In this document: positions 39,641 to 52,894 of the stretch, one piece after another | Numbering within the stretch: the first letter of the stretch is position 1 | Layout: the number at the start of each line of letters is the position of its first letter | Assembly (NCBI GenBank): GCA_951406725.2 | Contig: OX597823.1 | Coordinates: forward strand, 113,088,001 to 113,152,000 | DNA: 64,000 bases | Direction: 5' to 3' | From: Octopus vulgaris | Taxonomy: Eukaryota | Translations under genes and position numbers: made by a program | The notes under the pieces: model-generated | The model's input: only the letters and a program-made list of their open reading frames with translations | Database searches by the model: none | What the model was told of the DNA's origin: nothing

Positions 39641-39677
39641 TGTAATAATCTACATATGGAAAGGTCCAGAAGGGCTA
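38205..39677 (+). repeat. Right arm of ~1.4-kb inverted duplication
   Basis: See left arm. Confidence 0.92.
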
Positions 39678-39990
39678 GTACCTAATTTCATCACTGAATG
39701 TTATGTAAATGCCTGAACTGGACGCCATTGTATAATACCGGAGGCTCACAACCCTTCAATGCTCTGCCACAAAAATGAAGAGACCCACATAAGGTGGACG
39801 TAGATGTCTTTCTTAAAAAAAACTAGACATATTCACTCCACAATACCCGATAAACTGACAGCCCGGCATGGGGTACTGACGAGGGCAGCAGAATCAGTTG
39901 GGACAAACGCACATACAGAAGTGGTGATGTAAAACCGAGGAAATCAACCGAAGGCAAAACATTAAGTCAAAACCACGGTGGTTCTCCAAC
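39325..39990 (+). mobile_element. Decayed CR1/L2-like LINE 3' fragment, partly included in the duplication
   Basis: AKCRQLSGWILRSFKTR..IMLTL, ERLKILQLYSLEQR, VIIYIWK..GLVPN resemble post-RT LINE motifs. Confidence 0.55.
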
Positions 39991-40319
39991 GTGACCACAG
40001 CAGGATGGCTGAAACGAAAAAAAATAATAAAAGAACAGAGCGAGCGCGCACACACATACACACGCAAAGACATATATATTAGGTCGTTCTGAAAATACTG
40101 CCCGATATTTCGAAGACGGTTTTTTGTAGTGTTTTAGATGAAATTTTACATGATTAACAATTAACATGATTAACAATTAACATGTAATTTTTGATAGATT
40201 TCTATTGATTTCTTTCAGAATACAATTTTTAAGCGTAGAAATCTTTAATTTCAACCCTATTTAAATGAAGATAGGCATTTTCTGATTTTGCATCAATTCA
40301 AACTTGGATATATTGCTTC

Positions 40320-40700
40320 CTAGACAGCCGCCAATATCAACAGAGCATGGGTTGAAGGGTCCACTAGTGATTGGACGCTACAACGGCTGCTTGAGAAATT
40401 CCATAGTTAGGTTGAGAGCCTTCAAGATCAAGAAGGCAGATGATGTCCATCCACCCTTGATGATCATCATTTGAAAACAATACAGCTTTCTGGAACCTAA
40501 CCAGAGCATAACATCTCATGTTCACTGTAAGCAATTGGAGGAAATGCATGTTCACTTGAGCAAAATGAGACCTGCGACAGTTAATATACCTGGTCCAATT
40601 CTGCTGCACGTTTCGAGGATGCCACTTGAGACTTGGGATACCAGAATTTCCATCATTCTTCATATTATCCTGAACTTTCACCCACCGACTAACACTTTTT
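40320..40700 (-). mobile_element. Possible decayed RTE-like APE endonuclease fragment
   Basis: Faint motifs (AAELD..Y.I.VAGL, QPNYGISQ) across frameshifts. Confidence 0.3.
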
Positions 40701-40749
40701 CAAGCACTGAAGCACCAAGTCAGTCCGTTATTATCCACACTGCTCGAAA

Positions 40750-41075
40750 TAAGGTGAATAAAAAAAAACCCAACAGGGTATCAAGTAGTGATGCAGTACG
40801 ACCGTTTCAAGCAGCTCCATTTAATTGAATAATGCAATCATTACATCAATTTAAATGCAGTGCCATCATCAGCTAAGAATAGCTACAATAGTGATAATAC
40901 GGATATCTTCCATCTCCTTCCTCTGTTAAAATATTTCTGAAAATTTTTATTAATGTGTCCAACTGGTTAAAATTCTATTCACTTATTTGTGCAGCTGAAG
41001 ATGGCACTGCATTTAAATTGAGGTAATGATTTCAGTGTTCAATTAGATGGTGCAGCTTGAAACGGTAGTCCTGCA
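40750..41075. mobile_element. Inverted pair of Penelope-like terminal repeats with long-stem hammerhead motifs
   Basis: 40792-40874 is the reverse complement of 40991-41075; each arm has CTGA(T/A)GA...GAAACGGT; abuts (TA)n; third copy at 43650-43860. Confidence 0.6.
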
Positions 41076-41096
41076 TATATATATATATATATATAT

Positions 41097-41275
41097 CGGG
41101 AGAGTTTTCGAAAAAACAACAAAAGACGAAATCAGGTGGTGTACAAAATAAACAGATGTATTAGTATAACGCTAAGGAATAGAAAAAGTCTTTTAAGTTT
41201 CGAGCCTACGCTCTTCTACAGAAAGGGGCACAGAAAAAAAGAAGAGAAGAAAATGTGTGTAGTGGCAAACGATCT

Positions 41276-41280
<5 letters not shown>
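41097..41280 (-). mobile_element. Penelope-like terminal remnant between (TA)n tracts
   Basis: Minus strand CTGTAGA-A-GAGC-GTAG-GCTC-GAAAC; related to 53980-54150 and to the 52.4/53.0 kb copies. Confidence 0.5.
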
Positions 41281-41364
<84 letters not shown>

Positions 41365-41365
41365 C

Positions 41366-41411
<46 letters not shown>

Positions 41412-41725
41412 CACATACATATATACGTATGTTTATGTGTGTGTGTGCGTGCGTGCACGCGTGTATATGCGTGTGCATCTTCTTGAGCCTTTAGCGTACA
41501 AACTTGAATCTTCAGAGTGTGGCCACCAATATTGTACTCTGTACTGAGTTGTACTAGTCTCTGAATATGGCTGCAATCGGTCAATACGTGTGTTTGCGTA
41601 TTTGTGTTTGAATGTGTGTATGTGTGTGGGAATCTGTGTGTGTGTGTGCATATATCTAGGTTTATGTATGTAAGTCTGTATATATATATATATTTATATA
41701 TGCATACATATATATATATGTACAT

Positions 41726-41806
<81 letters not shown>

Positions 41807-42441
41807 CATAGGTATATATATATATATATATATATACATATATACATGTATGTATGTATGTTTATGTCTTTATAAACACTTGTATGTATGCCTGTGTGGA
41901 ATTGAATTTTTGTGTGCAAGTATTTGCGTGCTTGTAAATTTATGTGTATCATAATATTAATCTTTGAAAATATGTCAGAATTATGCTACTTAATGTGAAT
42001 TGATATTGCGAGGTTTCTTCAATTTCCTTTTGTAAATATGACCGCTAATAAACCTGCAGGATTACTGCAGGTTTACACGTTATATGGCTGCTTAGAACGT
42101 TTGTCTGTGTTGTTGTTGTAACAAATAATAAGCCATAATATGTATGTTAATATGCTTAAAGCAACAATACAAAATTGAAATAAATATCTATTTCCAAATT
42201 GCATCTTAGTGTACTATCTTATTTTTATTATTTGTAACTGAATGTCGACCTCGTTTGGATACAATGTATTTTTTGCTTCCAAGTATAATGATATCAACTC
42301 TAAGAGGATAGTAAGAATAAGTTTATAACCACATGCTTAACACTAATAAAGCTTCAATGAAGATAAGACCCAATTTACACATGAAAAAAAGCCGTCAAAA
42401 CCTCCATTATAATATTAGTTTCAATGTTCTACTAAAAACTA

Positions 42442-42790
42442 TAGGCGCAGTCGTTGCTGCATGGTAAGAAGCTTGCTTCTCAACCACATGGTTCTTGGTT
42501 TACTCCCACTTCGTAGTACCTAGGGCAAGTGTACTCTATTAGAGCTCCGAGCCGGTCAAATATCTGTGAGTGGATTTGGTTAAAGGAAACTGTGAGACTC
42601 TCGTGTGTGTGTGTGTGTGTGTGTATGTGTGTGTACGTATGTATATGTTTGTGTATGCGTGTGTCGTGCCTGCATTTGTCATGTGGCATCCGGTGTCGGT
42701 GTGTTTGTGTCCCCATAACTTAGCGGTTGTGCTTATTGAAACGATGGAATAAGTAGCGTGTTTAATAATAAATCAATAGTACTTGCGTTG
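42442..42790 (+). mobile_element. SINE family 1 copy
   Basis: TAGGCGCAG..G..GCTG..TGGTAAGAAGCTTGCTT..CAACCACATGGTTC, as at 4581. Confidence 0.8.
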
Positions 42791-42804
42791 ATTAATTCGT
42801 TTAA

Positions 42805-43620
42805 AAGTAGAGGCCGTTGTGTTGCACCGACTGAAGCCACCATTCTGTCATTTCTGTAATTCCACGCTGATACTAATTCTTCTCCTTTGAATCAAAGAAT
42901 GCATTCACTGAAGATTCCACCATCTCCCTGGTTGATGAAGCATCAGGGTCACAAGAAGTAAGCCACGAATCGAAACACATAATAATCCGAGGGAGCTAAG
43001 TCCGAATTATATGCTGGGTGTGGCATCCCTCCTATTCCCTTAAGTTCCTAGTGTTTATTCCGGATTGTTTGAGTGGTAATGAATCCCAGTCAAGAAAAAT
43101 TCCGATCACAGTCTTCATATCCCTACTTTCACTTTCGTCATAACTTCAGAACACATGGAACAAGTAATGTTCCATAAGTAACTTTGATTGTTTAGATATT
43201 CATGACTGCAAATCAGCGACTTTCATGGTCATAAGATTCCATTCGTTGACCCTATTTCAATCTGTAACAAAACATAGTGAGTTTCCATTTACTCTTTCGA
43301 TATCAGTAAAGAAGTTGTCAAACTATTTTGGTTAAAACTTTCGTTTCGTAATTATGATCACTGCACAATACTTTGAGTAAAAGTTATTTGCCAAAGCCTC
43401 GGAATGATCTCATGTTTTTAAGTGAAGTTGGGGAGACCAGAATTCCAATGTCTAGTCGTGTTGTACTCTGTCACGTAGATGTGGCCTTAGAATCACCTTA
43501 AAACCACACGTTTCTTCAGACTACTAAACCGTCACACGAGAATTCAGCGTCTTAATTCAACGGTGATCGAACACGTCAGCTCAATCTTTAATTCAAACGT
43601 TGTTCAGTTGATGTCACAAA
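42805..43620 (-). mobile_element. Decayed mariner (DD34D-type) transposase
   Basis: Minus-strand MPHPAYNSDLAPSDYYVFRF matches the mariner HPxYSPDLAPxD motif. Confidence 0.7.
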
Positions 43621-43649
43621 AACATCTTCATCCGCTAAACCGACGAAAT

Positions 43650-43860
43650 AATCAACAGGATATCAAGAAGTTATGCAGTACGACTATTTCAAGCTGCACC
43701 ATTTAATTGGAAAATGCAATCATTGCATCAATGTAAATGCAGTGCCATCTTCAGTTGCACAAATAGATAAATAGTATTTTAAACAGTAGGACACAGTAAT
43801 ATGAATTTTCAGAAATATTTTATCAGAGCAAGGAGACGGAAGATACCCGTATTTCCTCCA
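43650..43860 (-). mobile_element. Penelope-like terminal repeat, same family as 40750-41075
   Basis: Shared CAACAGG.TATCAAG.AG..ATGCAGTACGAC..TTTCAAGC.GC.CCATTTAATTG...TGCAGTGCCATC.TCAG. Confidence 0.6.
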
Positions 43861-44796
43861 AATATACCTGATGTAGCCAGTAAAATACAGATATTCTATA
43901 AATTTTCTACAATAATGCAGGAATATCGGGTGGAATGTTCTTTTAGGAACCTTCATCGTAATTTACATCACAGTGCTTACTATAACTTTTACATTTACAT
44001 GTGGGTGAATAAATTGGATTTCAGATATTAATTTGACAAACGTTAACAATAATTAACTGCAAATAGTTAACATTGCGTCAGTTTATTAGGACTCTATTGG
44101 CACCTGATGCATCATATCTACATAGAAATTTAGTTTGACATTCTTACGGATGTCACGTTAATTGCTTCTTCTGCATAATCTTCATGTACAAGTGATAAGC
44201 TGGATACATGTATGTCATAGATTCACACAACCAAAACAACGCCTTAACTACAAAGCAAAAGCAGCAGAGGTAACAACAACTTCATCAGCAACAACAATAG
44301 CGACAAAAAAAAAGAACAACAATAACAAACTCAAGACCCACAATAAAACTTTCATTAACTTCAAAAATATTTTCGTATCCCGATATTTCAGATTTAAATT
44401 ATCCTGATCCGTAGGAGACTAGTAAATGAATGCCAGTTAAATTCTAGAGTCAAGGGAATAGTATGAAAAATGAATATTTACCAACACCTATATCAAACGT
44501 AAACGTCACAATCGAAGAGTAAATACATATCGCGGCGGAGCCAAAAATTTCTCCGCTGACAACAATATATTATATAAAATCATACAGGCTTATCTAAAAT
44601 TGTGCCCTAAATATACTGAAATATATTACACAAAAAATGATATGTTAATCATGCCAACATATGCGTATGTTTATGTGCGCGGCTCTATGTATGTGCACAC
44701 ATACGCACATTAGTACATATATATATTTATATATAAACTTACATAAAGGGAACAAAGTGTACGCACGCCGCTATATATATATATATATATATATAT

Positions 44797-45130
44797 TAGT
44801 AAAACGGTAAGATAACAAAAGAAAGAAAGATACCTCAATATTATGTAAATAGAGGAAATTTATCTATATAATAATATGTTACGTTACTCGATAGTCAAGA
44901 TAAAACGCTGAGTTTCAGATGCCGAAGTGGGAATCCTCGACATCTCTTTGGTTATCTGGCTATTTGAAAACGCTATGAAAAAAGACCGTTATTTCCCTTT
45001 GTATAACGGTATTTTTTCATAGCGTTTTCAAATAGCCAGATAACCGAAGAGATGTCGTGGATTCCCACTTCGGTATCTGAAACTCAGAGTTTTATCTTGA
45101 CTATCGAGTAATGTAACATATTATTGTATA
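44797..45130. mobile_element. Foldback element: ~123-bp inverted arms, 10-nt loop and one-sided tail, in (TA)n
   Basis: 44870-44992 is the reverse complement of 45003-45125; hammerhead-like CCGAAGA...GAAAC in the arm. Confidence 0.65.
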
Positions 45131-46213
45131 TATATATATATATATATGTATGTATAATGCAAAATGGAAAATACAAAATCTATCGTCTTGCTGGATGTTT
45201 TATTGTTCCTTTTTGTATCACCTAGTTGTCCGGACGTTTTGCGTTCTTGTCCCATTTTGTATTTTATATATATACATATATTTTTATACATATATATATA
45301 TATATATGTATGTATGTATGTATGTATATGTATATATATATGTATATGTGTGTGTGTGTGTGCGTGTGTGTGTGTGAGTGTGTGGGAGATAGAATGTATA
45401 TAGATTTACAAACGGAAAGAAGGCCCCTGACAAGACTTCTTGCATGCTAAAAAGTGCAGTTAAACCCAAACCACGAAAATAGGAATTCTTAATGCACGCT
45501 ACCGATAGGCACTAGAGTGAATAAAAATTAGTCAATCCTATACTTGACTTTCGTTGTTAATGACCAAATAAATTAATTTGGTATTTGTAGCTCGTCAGTA
45601 GGATCGCTAAAGAATGCATAATTATGTACCTGTAATACGTACCGAAAGCATGGGGTAAAAGCATGGACAAGACAGTTCCATCGTACAAACAAACATTTAT
45701 ATATACATATGTATATGGATATACGTATGGATATATAGAAAAATATATGTATAAATATATACACACATATATGTATGTATTCATACATAAAACCATTTTT
45801 TACTTTTATAAATATATACAACCATACATGCAGATGTACTCGCGTGCATATGAGCATATAAGTCTGTATGATATACAGTCTTTCAGATTGATTTATGTCT
45901 GCAAGTTTTGTGTGAAAGAGTGTGTGTGTGGATGTGTGCATATAATGTTTCTGTTTCTCTCTCCACAGTGTATTAGTTTACATATTGCATTGCTTTAGGG
46001 AGCATGAATTTGATTACAGAATAGATTACCAGTAGTTGTAAAAGGCGAACACTAATAAACAACTAACAAAAATCATGAACGTGAGCAAAATACGCAAGAA
46101 AAATGTTATATTTACATTAATGACAACAAAAGAAATAATATTGTTTAGATCAAATATTCAAATTCTATATATGTAGATGTGTGTTTGTGTGAGCACGTGT
46201 GTTTGTGTATGCG

Positions 46214-46580
<367 letters not shown>

Positions 46581-47005
46581 TTGAGTTGCCTAATAGCGGT
46601 TTTATCTCTAATTCATATTTTATATATATATACATATATATATTTATATACACATATACATACATATACATTTACCTATATACGTATATGTATATATATA
46701 AATATATGTATAAGTGAAAACACACGCATGCAAACACACACACACACACGCACATACACACACACACACAGATATTCATAAGCATATTGCACTATAATAC
46801 TACGTTAATTAATGAACAATACAAATGTTTGCAGCAACCAGCGGAGTATTCTTTTGTTGTAATTTTGTTGCTATGGTTATCATTATTATTTTACTTTGCC
46901 CTCGTTCTTAGTTTTTGTAACAGCTAAAATTGTTATTGATATCATTAATATCGTTTGTCATTATTGTCATTTACTATTTTTGTTGTTTTTATTATTATTA
47001 TTATG

Positions 47006-47046
<41 letters not shown>

Positions 47047-47069
47047 ATTGCCATTATTATTATTACACA

Positions 47070-47690
47070 GTAGTGTATTTTTTATATCGTGCTTTCACTT
47101 CACTACCGAGCGCAGCTCTGTGTGCCTTAGGTATGTGCTGTGATTTGTTGTGATGCTCTTACTGTTATTGTATTGAAAGCGCTATACGCAGGATGTGTGC
47201 GACACCATTGGGCGCCGCACACATCCTGTATAACATTGTCTGAATGCTATATATACTTGTTAGACCATGTATTTTTGTTATGTATCTCTCTGAATATTTT
47301 TATCGTACCTAATCCCCGTAGTATGATAGGAATTGTTTCTGTTTTTTTCCAGATCTTTCTATTTTGAAAGTTTTTCTGTTTCATTTAGAGAAACAATGAC
47401 AATCAATTAGAACGCATTTTTCTTGGTCATCTCTAAAACCTATAGTTGGCCTACAGACCTAAAATTCTTTATCTGTGTGTATTGGTATATTCAAGAGTAT
47501 GGTTGCTTTCTCGTTTTCTGTGACCTTTTCAGGCGTGTGCCTATGCCATATTTTTTCTGTTGTTATTCAATAAAGTTGGCATAGCTTCCTGTGTGTCTGT
47601 GAATATATTCCTTCTTAGCCAGGACTGGGCATTAAGTATTCGTTCTTAGACAGAACTGGGCAATATATATTCCTTCTTAGCCAGAACTGC
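47070..47690 (-). mobile_element. R4/Dong 3' fragment in (AAT)n
   Basis: Minus strand CPVL..NEY, WH.H.PEKVTE.EKATILL, ETIPIILRGLG, AHILR; (ATT)n on both sides. Confidence 0.7.
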
Positions 47691-47692
47691 GC

Positions 47693-47869
<177 letters not shown>

Positions 47870-47870
47870 A

Positions 47871-48003
47871 AGGCAGCGGCAGAATCGTTAGCACGCCGGG
47901 CAATATACTTAACGGCATTTCGTCCGTCTTTACTTTCTGAGTTCAAATTCCACCGAGGTCAACTTTGCCTTTCACCCTTTCGGAATCGATGAAATAAGTA
48001 CCA
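47871..48003 (+). mobile_element. SINE family 2, 5' part
   Basis: GGCAGAATCGTTAGCACGCCGGG...GAGTTCAAATTCCACCGAGGTCAACTTTGCCTTTCA. Confidence 0.8.
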
Positions 48004-50215
48004 TAAACAAGAACCCTGCGAAGAATTCTTGCAGTTCCAAGCAATGCTGATTTTTGTAGATGTTCTACCTTCACACTTGCACCAATCATTTTCAGCCATG
48101 TTGGTATTTGAGTGCTGATACTTTCAAGTGCAACAATTATTATTGGTATCACGTCCACTCTTTTCATTGACCATAAACTTCGTTTTTCCCACTTCAAATC
48201 GTCAAAGTTGTTTAATTTTCTTCTTCTTTTACATCCGTCCTGTTATTACCGGAGCATGATATGTCGAATATCGTACAGGTTCTTTTTTTTATTCACCACA
48301 ACAATGTCCGGTTTCCGATTTCTGTTCAGGGGATCGACCGGATCATTGCATCTCTTCAGATTTCCATTTCAATTATTCCTCCATACAGTCATATGGAAAT
48401 CAGATCTCTGTAACACTCAGACTGCAACCATGCCGAAACACTTGTTAAAAGCATATACATTTTCCCTCTCTCTCTCTGTCCCCCAGTCTTTTTACCACCA
48501 CTATCTCTATGTCTATTTCGTCCCCTCTCTCTCCCGTGTATCACTTTCTTCAATACTTGTGAAGATTACTTGTTGACATCATAAAAATCTTAAGCCGAAA
48601 TCACAGTTACAAACCGTTTCAAAAGGTAAGATAGATTTTCGTTAGATTCAGATTAAGTTAAAACGCCTCTCCTTACTCCTTTTCAAGCACTGGTGATGGT
48701 TGTGTTCCCACCAGTTTTTATCATGGGACAGGTACAAGTTTGTGCAAATTAGCCAGTGAATATAGTGTGCCTTAAGAAGTCTTTAAGCTTAAATGAGATT
48801 GAGCGGAACGCTCCGATCACACTGGTATCACTTTTCTATTACACTCTCGCATTCCATACAGTCTTGCCATTTCCACTTGCAATACGGAGTACTTGGTGAT
48901 TTTTTCAAACCCTTTACTTTACGACGGTGTTCGATTACACGATCCGTCTGAAAATCATACTCCAAGAGTATCGTTACTTTTCCATCTTCCTACATAACTT
49001 AACTTGTTACATGCTCGTTCCAGTTCTCTGTTACTTCATATCGGTTTTTACGGCATAAGACCCAATGAAGATACACACATACTTTATCGTGGCGCCGCTT
49101 GTATTCTTTTTGTACAAATCTCTCACATCCACTTACCAAGTGGGTCACATTTTCCACGCTTTTTCTACAGAGTTCGGTGGTGCGCTACAAATGACCTCGC
49201 TCAAACCATGCCCACGATGCTGTATTATCCTTAATGTCCTGTGTATTCCTTTCAAACTGTCCATGTATTCTCATTTCAAGAATGTCTTCTTTTCTCTTCT
49301 GAGCTTTTTGGTTAAACGCTTCCATGCCCATCATTTCATCTGCATTTACATCCATATATTTCGCAACATATTGCGGCAGGTCTTCATCACTATTTACGAA
49401 ATACTCGGCAAGCATTCTCCTTTCAATCCTTATATAATGGTCTATACTAATTAGTCCTCTGTCATCATTCTTCGTTTTCATATACAGTCTGTTTACGTTT
49501 CCTTTAGGGTGTAGCACTCCATGCAGCATCGTCAACATTCTCAACCTTCTATCCAGTGTTGATATTTCCTCCTTAGTCCATTTGAAGATGGACGCACTAT
49601 ATCTGACCATCGCAACTGCTCAGATATTCATTGCTGTTATCAAATTGTTGGCATTCAGGTTGGATTTCAACACCATTTTCACTCTTTTTTGATAAGCCTC
49701 GTTGACGTTGACTTTCATTCCTTTGTGTAGAATGTCATTCAGCTCCAAAATCCTTAAATGTCTATACCCACTACCGTCGGGTTGACCCATAGTCTCTCCT
49801 GATATTAACAGCAATCCTATGCAGGCTACTCTCGTCCCTCTTTTCATATTAAGCACTGAGCTTTTGGTAATCCCAAATTCCATACCGATGTCCCTACCAC
49901 ACTTCTGGACTGTTTTGGTTAAGGAATCTACCTGTTTTTCAAATTTCCTAAACAATTTCAGGTCATCCATAAACTGAAGATGGTTCAGTCATGGGGCTTC
50001 CTTCCCACTTCAGTAACCCGTATTAACTTTCCTAAGTGTTATTGTTTTGGGCATTTGTGCAATTACAAATAATAACAGAGAAAGACCAGTCACCTTAGAA
50101 GATGCCTCTTTTAATATTAACTTCTCCAAGGAATACATTATTTGTGTACAATTTGGTTTTCCACTCTTTCATGCTATGTATCAGAAAATTTGGGATATTT
50201 TTAGAATATGCGGTA
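48004..50215 (-). mobile_element. Cluster of decayed R4/Dong fragments (RT to RLE)
   Basis: NIKRGIF, MDDLKLF (YMDD block), GMEFGITK, LHPKGNVNRLYMK...RGLISI, THLVSGC...YKRRHDKV, LQKSALLGTARILRRVL. Confidence 0.8.
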
Positions 50216-50219
50216 TCAG

Positions 50220-50252
<33 letters not shown>

Positions 50253-50299
50253 TGTCATCGCCGTCATCATCATCATCATCATCATCATCATCGTCACCA

Positions 50300-50512
50300 A
50301 GGGAGTGAGCTGGCAGAATCGTTAGCACGCTGGGCAAAGTACTTGAAGATATTTCACCCATTGCTACGTTCTGAGTGCAAATTCTGCTGTGGTTGACTTT
50401 GCCTTTCATCCGTTCGGGGTCGATTATATAATTAGTAGTCATGCACTGATGTCGATGTAATCAACTTAATCCCTCCCTCAAAATTTCAGGCCTTGTGCCT
50501 ATTGCAGAAAGT
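50300..50512 (+). mobile_element. SINE family 2, near full length, followed by (ATT)n
   Basis: GAGCTGGCAGAATCGTTAGCACGC...AAATTTCAGGCCTTGTGCCTATTGCAGAAAG. Confidence 0.85.
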
Positions 50513-50570
50513 ATTATTATTATTGTTATTATTATTATCATCATCATCATCATTATTATTATTATTATTA

Positions 50571-50645
<75 letters not shown>

Positions 50646-50719
50646 AATTCATTCATTCATTAATTAATCAATTTCTTTAATTATTATTATTATTAATTTA
50701 TGATTTTGTTATCGGAATT

Positions 50720-52230
50720 TTAATTATGCAGAATTATGGCAAGAAGCCCCAACCACAAGAACATTAACTGTGCACGTACCTACTTCAAACAGGAGTTTAA
50801 CGGACACTAATCTAACATCATCGTTTGAACACGGGAATAAAAGATATAAAATACTCAGCTGAAAGAACTAAAGCCTGACAATTTCGTTCATATTTCAGAA
50901 GCCGGTCTGCCACAGAATCTATATTTGTGCAAGAACTAAAAAAAGTAAAAATCCCGAGTTTTGCTAAAGACATGGGAGCTTTCTTTCTCCCGGCTGGGAG
51001 ATGATTTGTGGACAGGCCTGGAAGACTTGATAATTGAAGACGTGTTAAGATTTGATATTGGCTGTAGTAATGCGTATTACGCCAAATGTGACATTTTCAT
51101 ATGAGAATATACGGTTAAAGCAAACATTTACTGAGATACACATATTCCCATTAAGTAGTTCAATATTTTAGTAGAAAACGGCTACCACCATGGACATCAG
51201 TAACTTTTGTGATGCAATATAGGTAAGTGACAATATAGGTAAGTGATAAATGTTCGGGCGGAATGGTCATCGACATCCTTGTCTTCACGAACCTTCAAGA
51301 TTGAAACATAATACCATAGAAGTAGCCTTCTGGAAGAAAGTTTATAAACAAAACGCGGAGTTATACATTTGATACTAAAAATAATTTGAATAGCTTTCTA
51401 CTTAGCTGTGTTAAAAGATTAAAAGAAATTAGAATGGAAAATCAAGGAAAATGTTGATCACTTTGCATCGCAAGGAAAAATACTAGACTTGTCAAAATGG
51501 ATGGCATGTCATCATTGCAAGGAATTCACTTCTATCTAATCAATAATTGCTGAATATATCAAACATCAATCACAATAACATCAATCACAACAACATCAAT
51601 AACATGGGAAACCTAACGACTAAGGAGCATCACTTCGTAGCAACAATCTATTTATTTCCTCTACAGACGATCTAGAATGTATGGAATCCAAAATAGATCG
51701 AAAATCCTTTTAGAGATAGAAAAAAAATCCAAAGAATCCAAAGATAATATCGGAATTCAAAGCAAATAATAAGATCAGTGTTACGCCTATAATGAAGTAA
51801 TCTAATGAAGTATATACTCCACTGAGGAGTGACTTTTCTGTTATGAATATGAAGCCATTTTGTAAGCAGAAATCTGCCGCTCTTGGATGGAAATGAAGTG
51901 TATACTCTATCGGATGACCTGTATAAATATACCAGCGTTTTACAGACGAAATGTTGATCGAGAAAGGGGTGGAAATAGATTTCAAACAGTATAAAAAAGA
52001 AGAGAATGTTAATATAAATCTCTGAATGGTATTATAAGGTGTTATAAGCTAAGAGGCCACAATACGTTCGTCTTCAATCGCTCATCGTACTCCAGGAGTT
52101 CTTTGAAATATGTTCTGGATTCTCTCTAGATGCACAATATTGTGGAATAACGATATTGGTCAACCAATGGCTTTGGGATGTGTAAGCGTCGGAAAATGAA
52201 TGAAGCTCGTTAGCTTCTTTCACATTAGTG
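50720..52230 (+). pseudogene. Possible decayed gag/ORF1-like retroelement relic
   Basis: Coding-like composition without microsatellites; remnant knuckle-like MACHHCKE...NC at ~51502-51550; many stops. Confidence 0.25.
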
Positions 52231-52349
52231 TTACGTCAACTTAGAAGATAGAAGAGCTGAAACAAAGGCAGGCCATTTTATACAGTACATTAAGAATGGT
52301 AGAATGATGCAACATTCTACTATAATATGTACATACATATATATATATA

Positions 52350-52562
52350 TATAGTTAATCCAAACAAGAAAACACAGTAAAAAAGAGAAAAAAACAGCAA
52401 CACGAGGACGTGGAACAATTGAAGTATTATTGACGCTCAGGAAAGAAGGGAAGGAGGGTTTAACGTTTCGAGCGGAGCTCTTCGTCGGAAACAAGAAGGA
52501 AAGATCCCAAGAAGGGAAGACAGAGGAAAAATGTTTTGCTGGTGGTGCTCAAGAGATCACAT
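52350..52562 (-). mobile_element. Penelope-like terminal repeat with a minimal hammerhead motif (left of an inverted pair)
   Basis: Reverse complement of 52895-53100; starts at (TA)n. Confidence 0.65.
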
Positions 52563-52582
52563 GTTGAAAGAACAGAAGTTGA

Positions 52583-52886
52583 GATCACCGTGACCGACCA
52601 GGCTATCAGATGTTGATACACATCGCTGGTCACAATGCGCTTCGCATTGTCTTAGCTTTCAAATGACGCTACCCCGCTGGCTAAGCGAGCAGGCCAACAG
52701 AAGAAAGAGTGGGAGAAAGTTGTGGCGAAAGAGTACAGCAGAGATCGCCACCACCCCCAGCCGGAGCCTCGTGGAGCTTTAGGTGTTTTCGCTCAATAAA
52801 CACTCACAACGCCCGGTCTGGGAGTCGAAACCGCGATCCTACGACCGCGAGTCCGCTGCCCTAACCACTGGGACATTCCACCTCCA
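52583..52886 (-). mobile_element. tRNA-derived SINE, family 3
   Basis: Minus strand TGTCCCAGTGGTTAGGGCAGCGGACTCGCGGTCGTAGGATCGCGGTTTCGACTCC (tRNA-like A and B boxes) followed by a 230-bp body. Confidence 0.75.
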
Positions 52887-52894
52887 TATATATA

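Noticed and set aside
34631-39677. Large TIR (foldback/Polinton-like) transposon
   Set aside because: The outer ends are the most diverged part and cut through a LINE relic, there is no TSD, and the spacer holds only a Hero fragment with no transposase.
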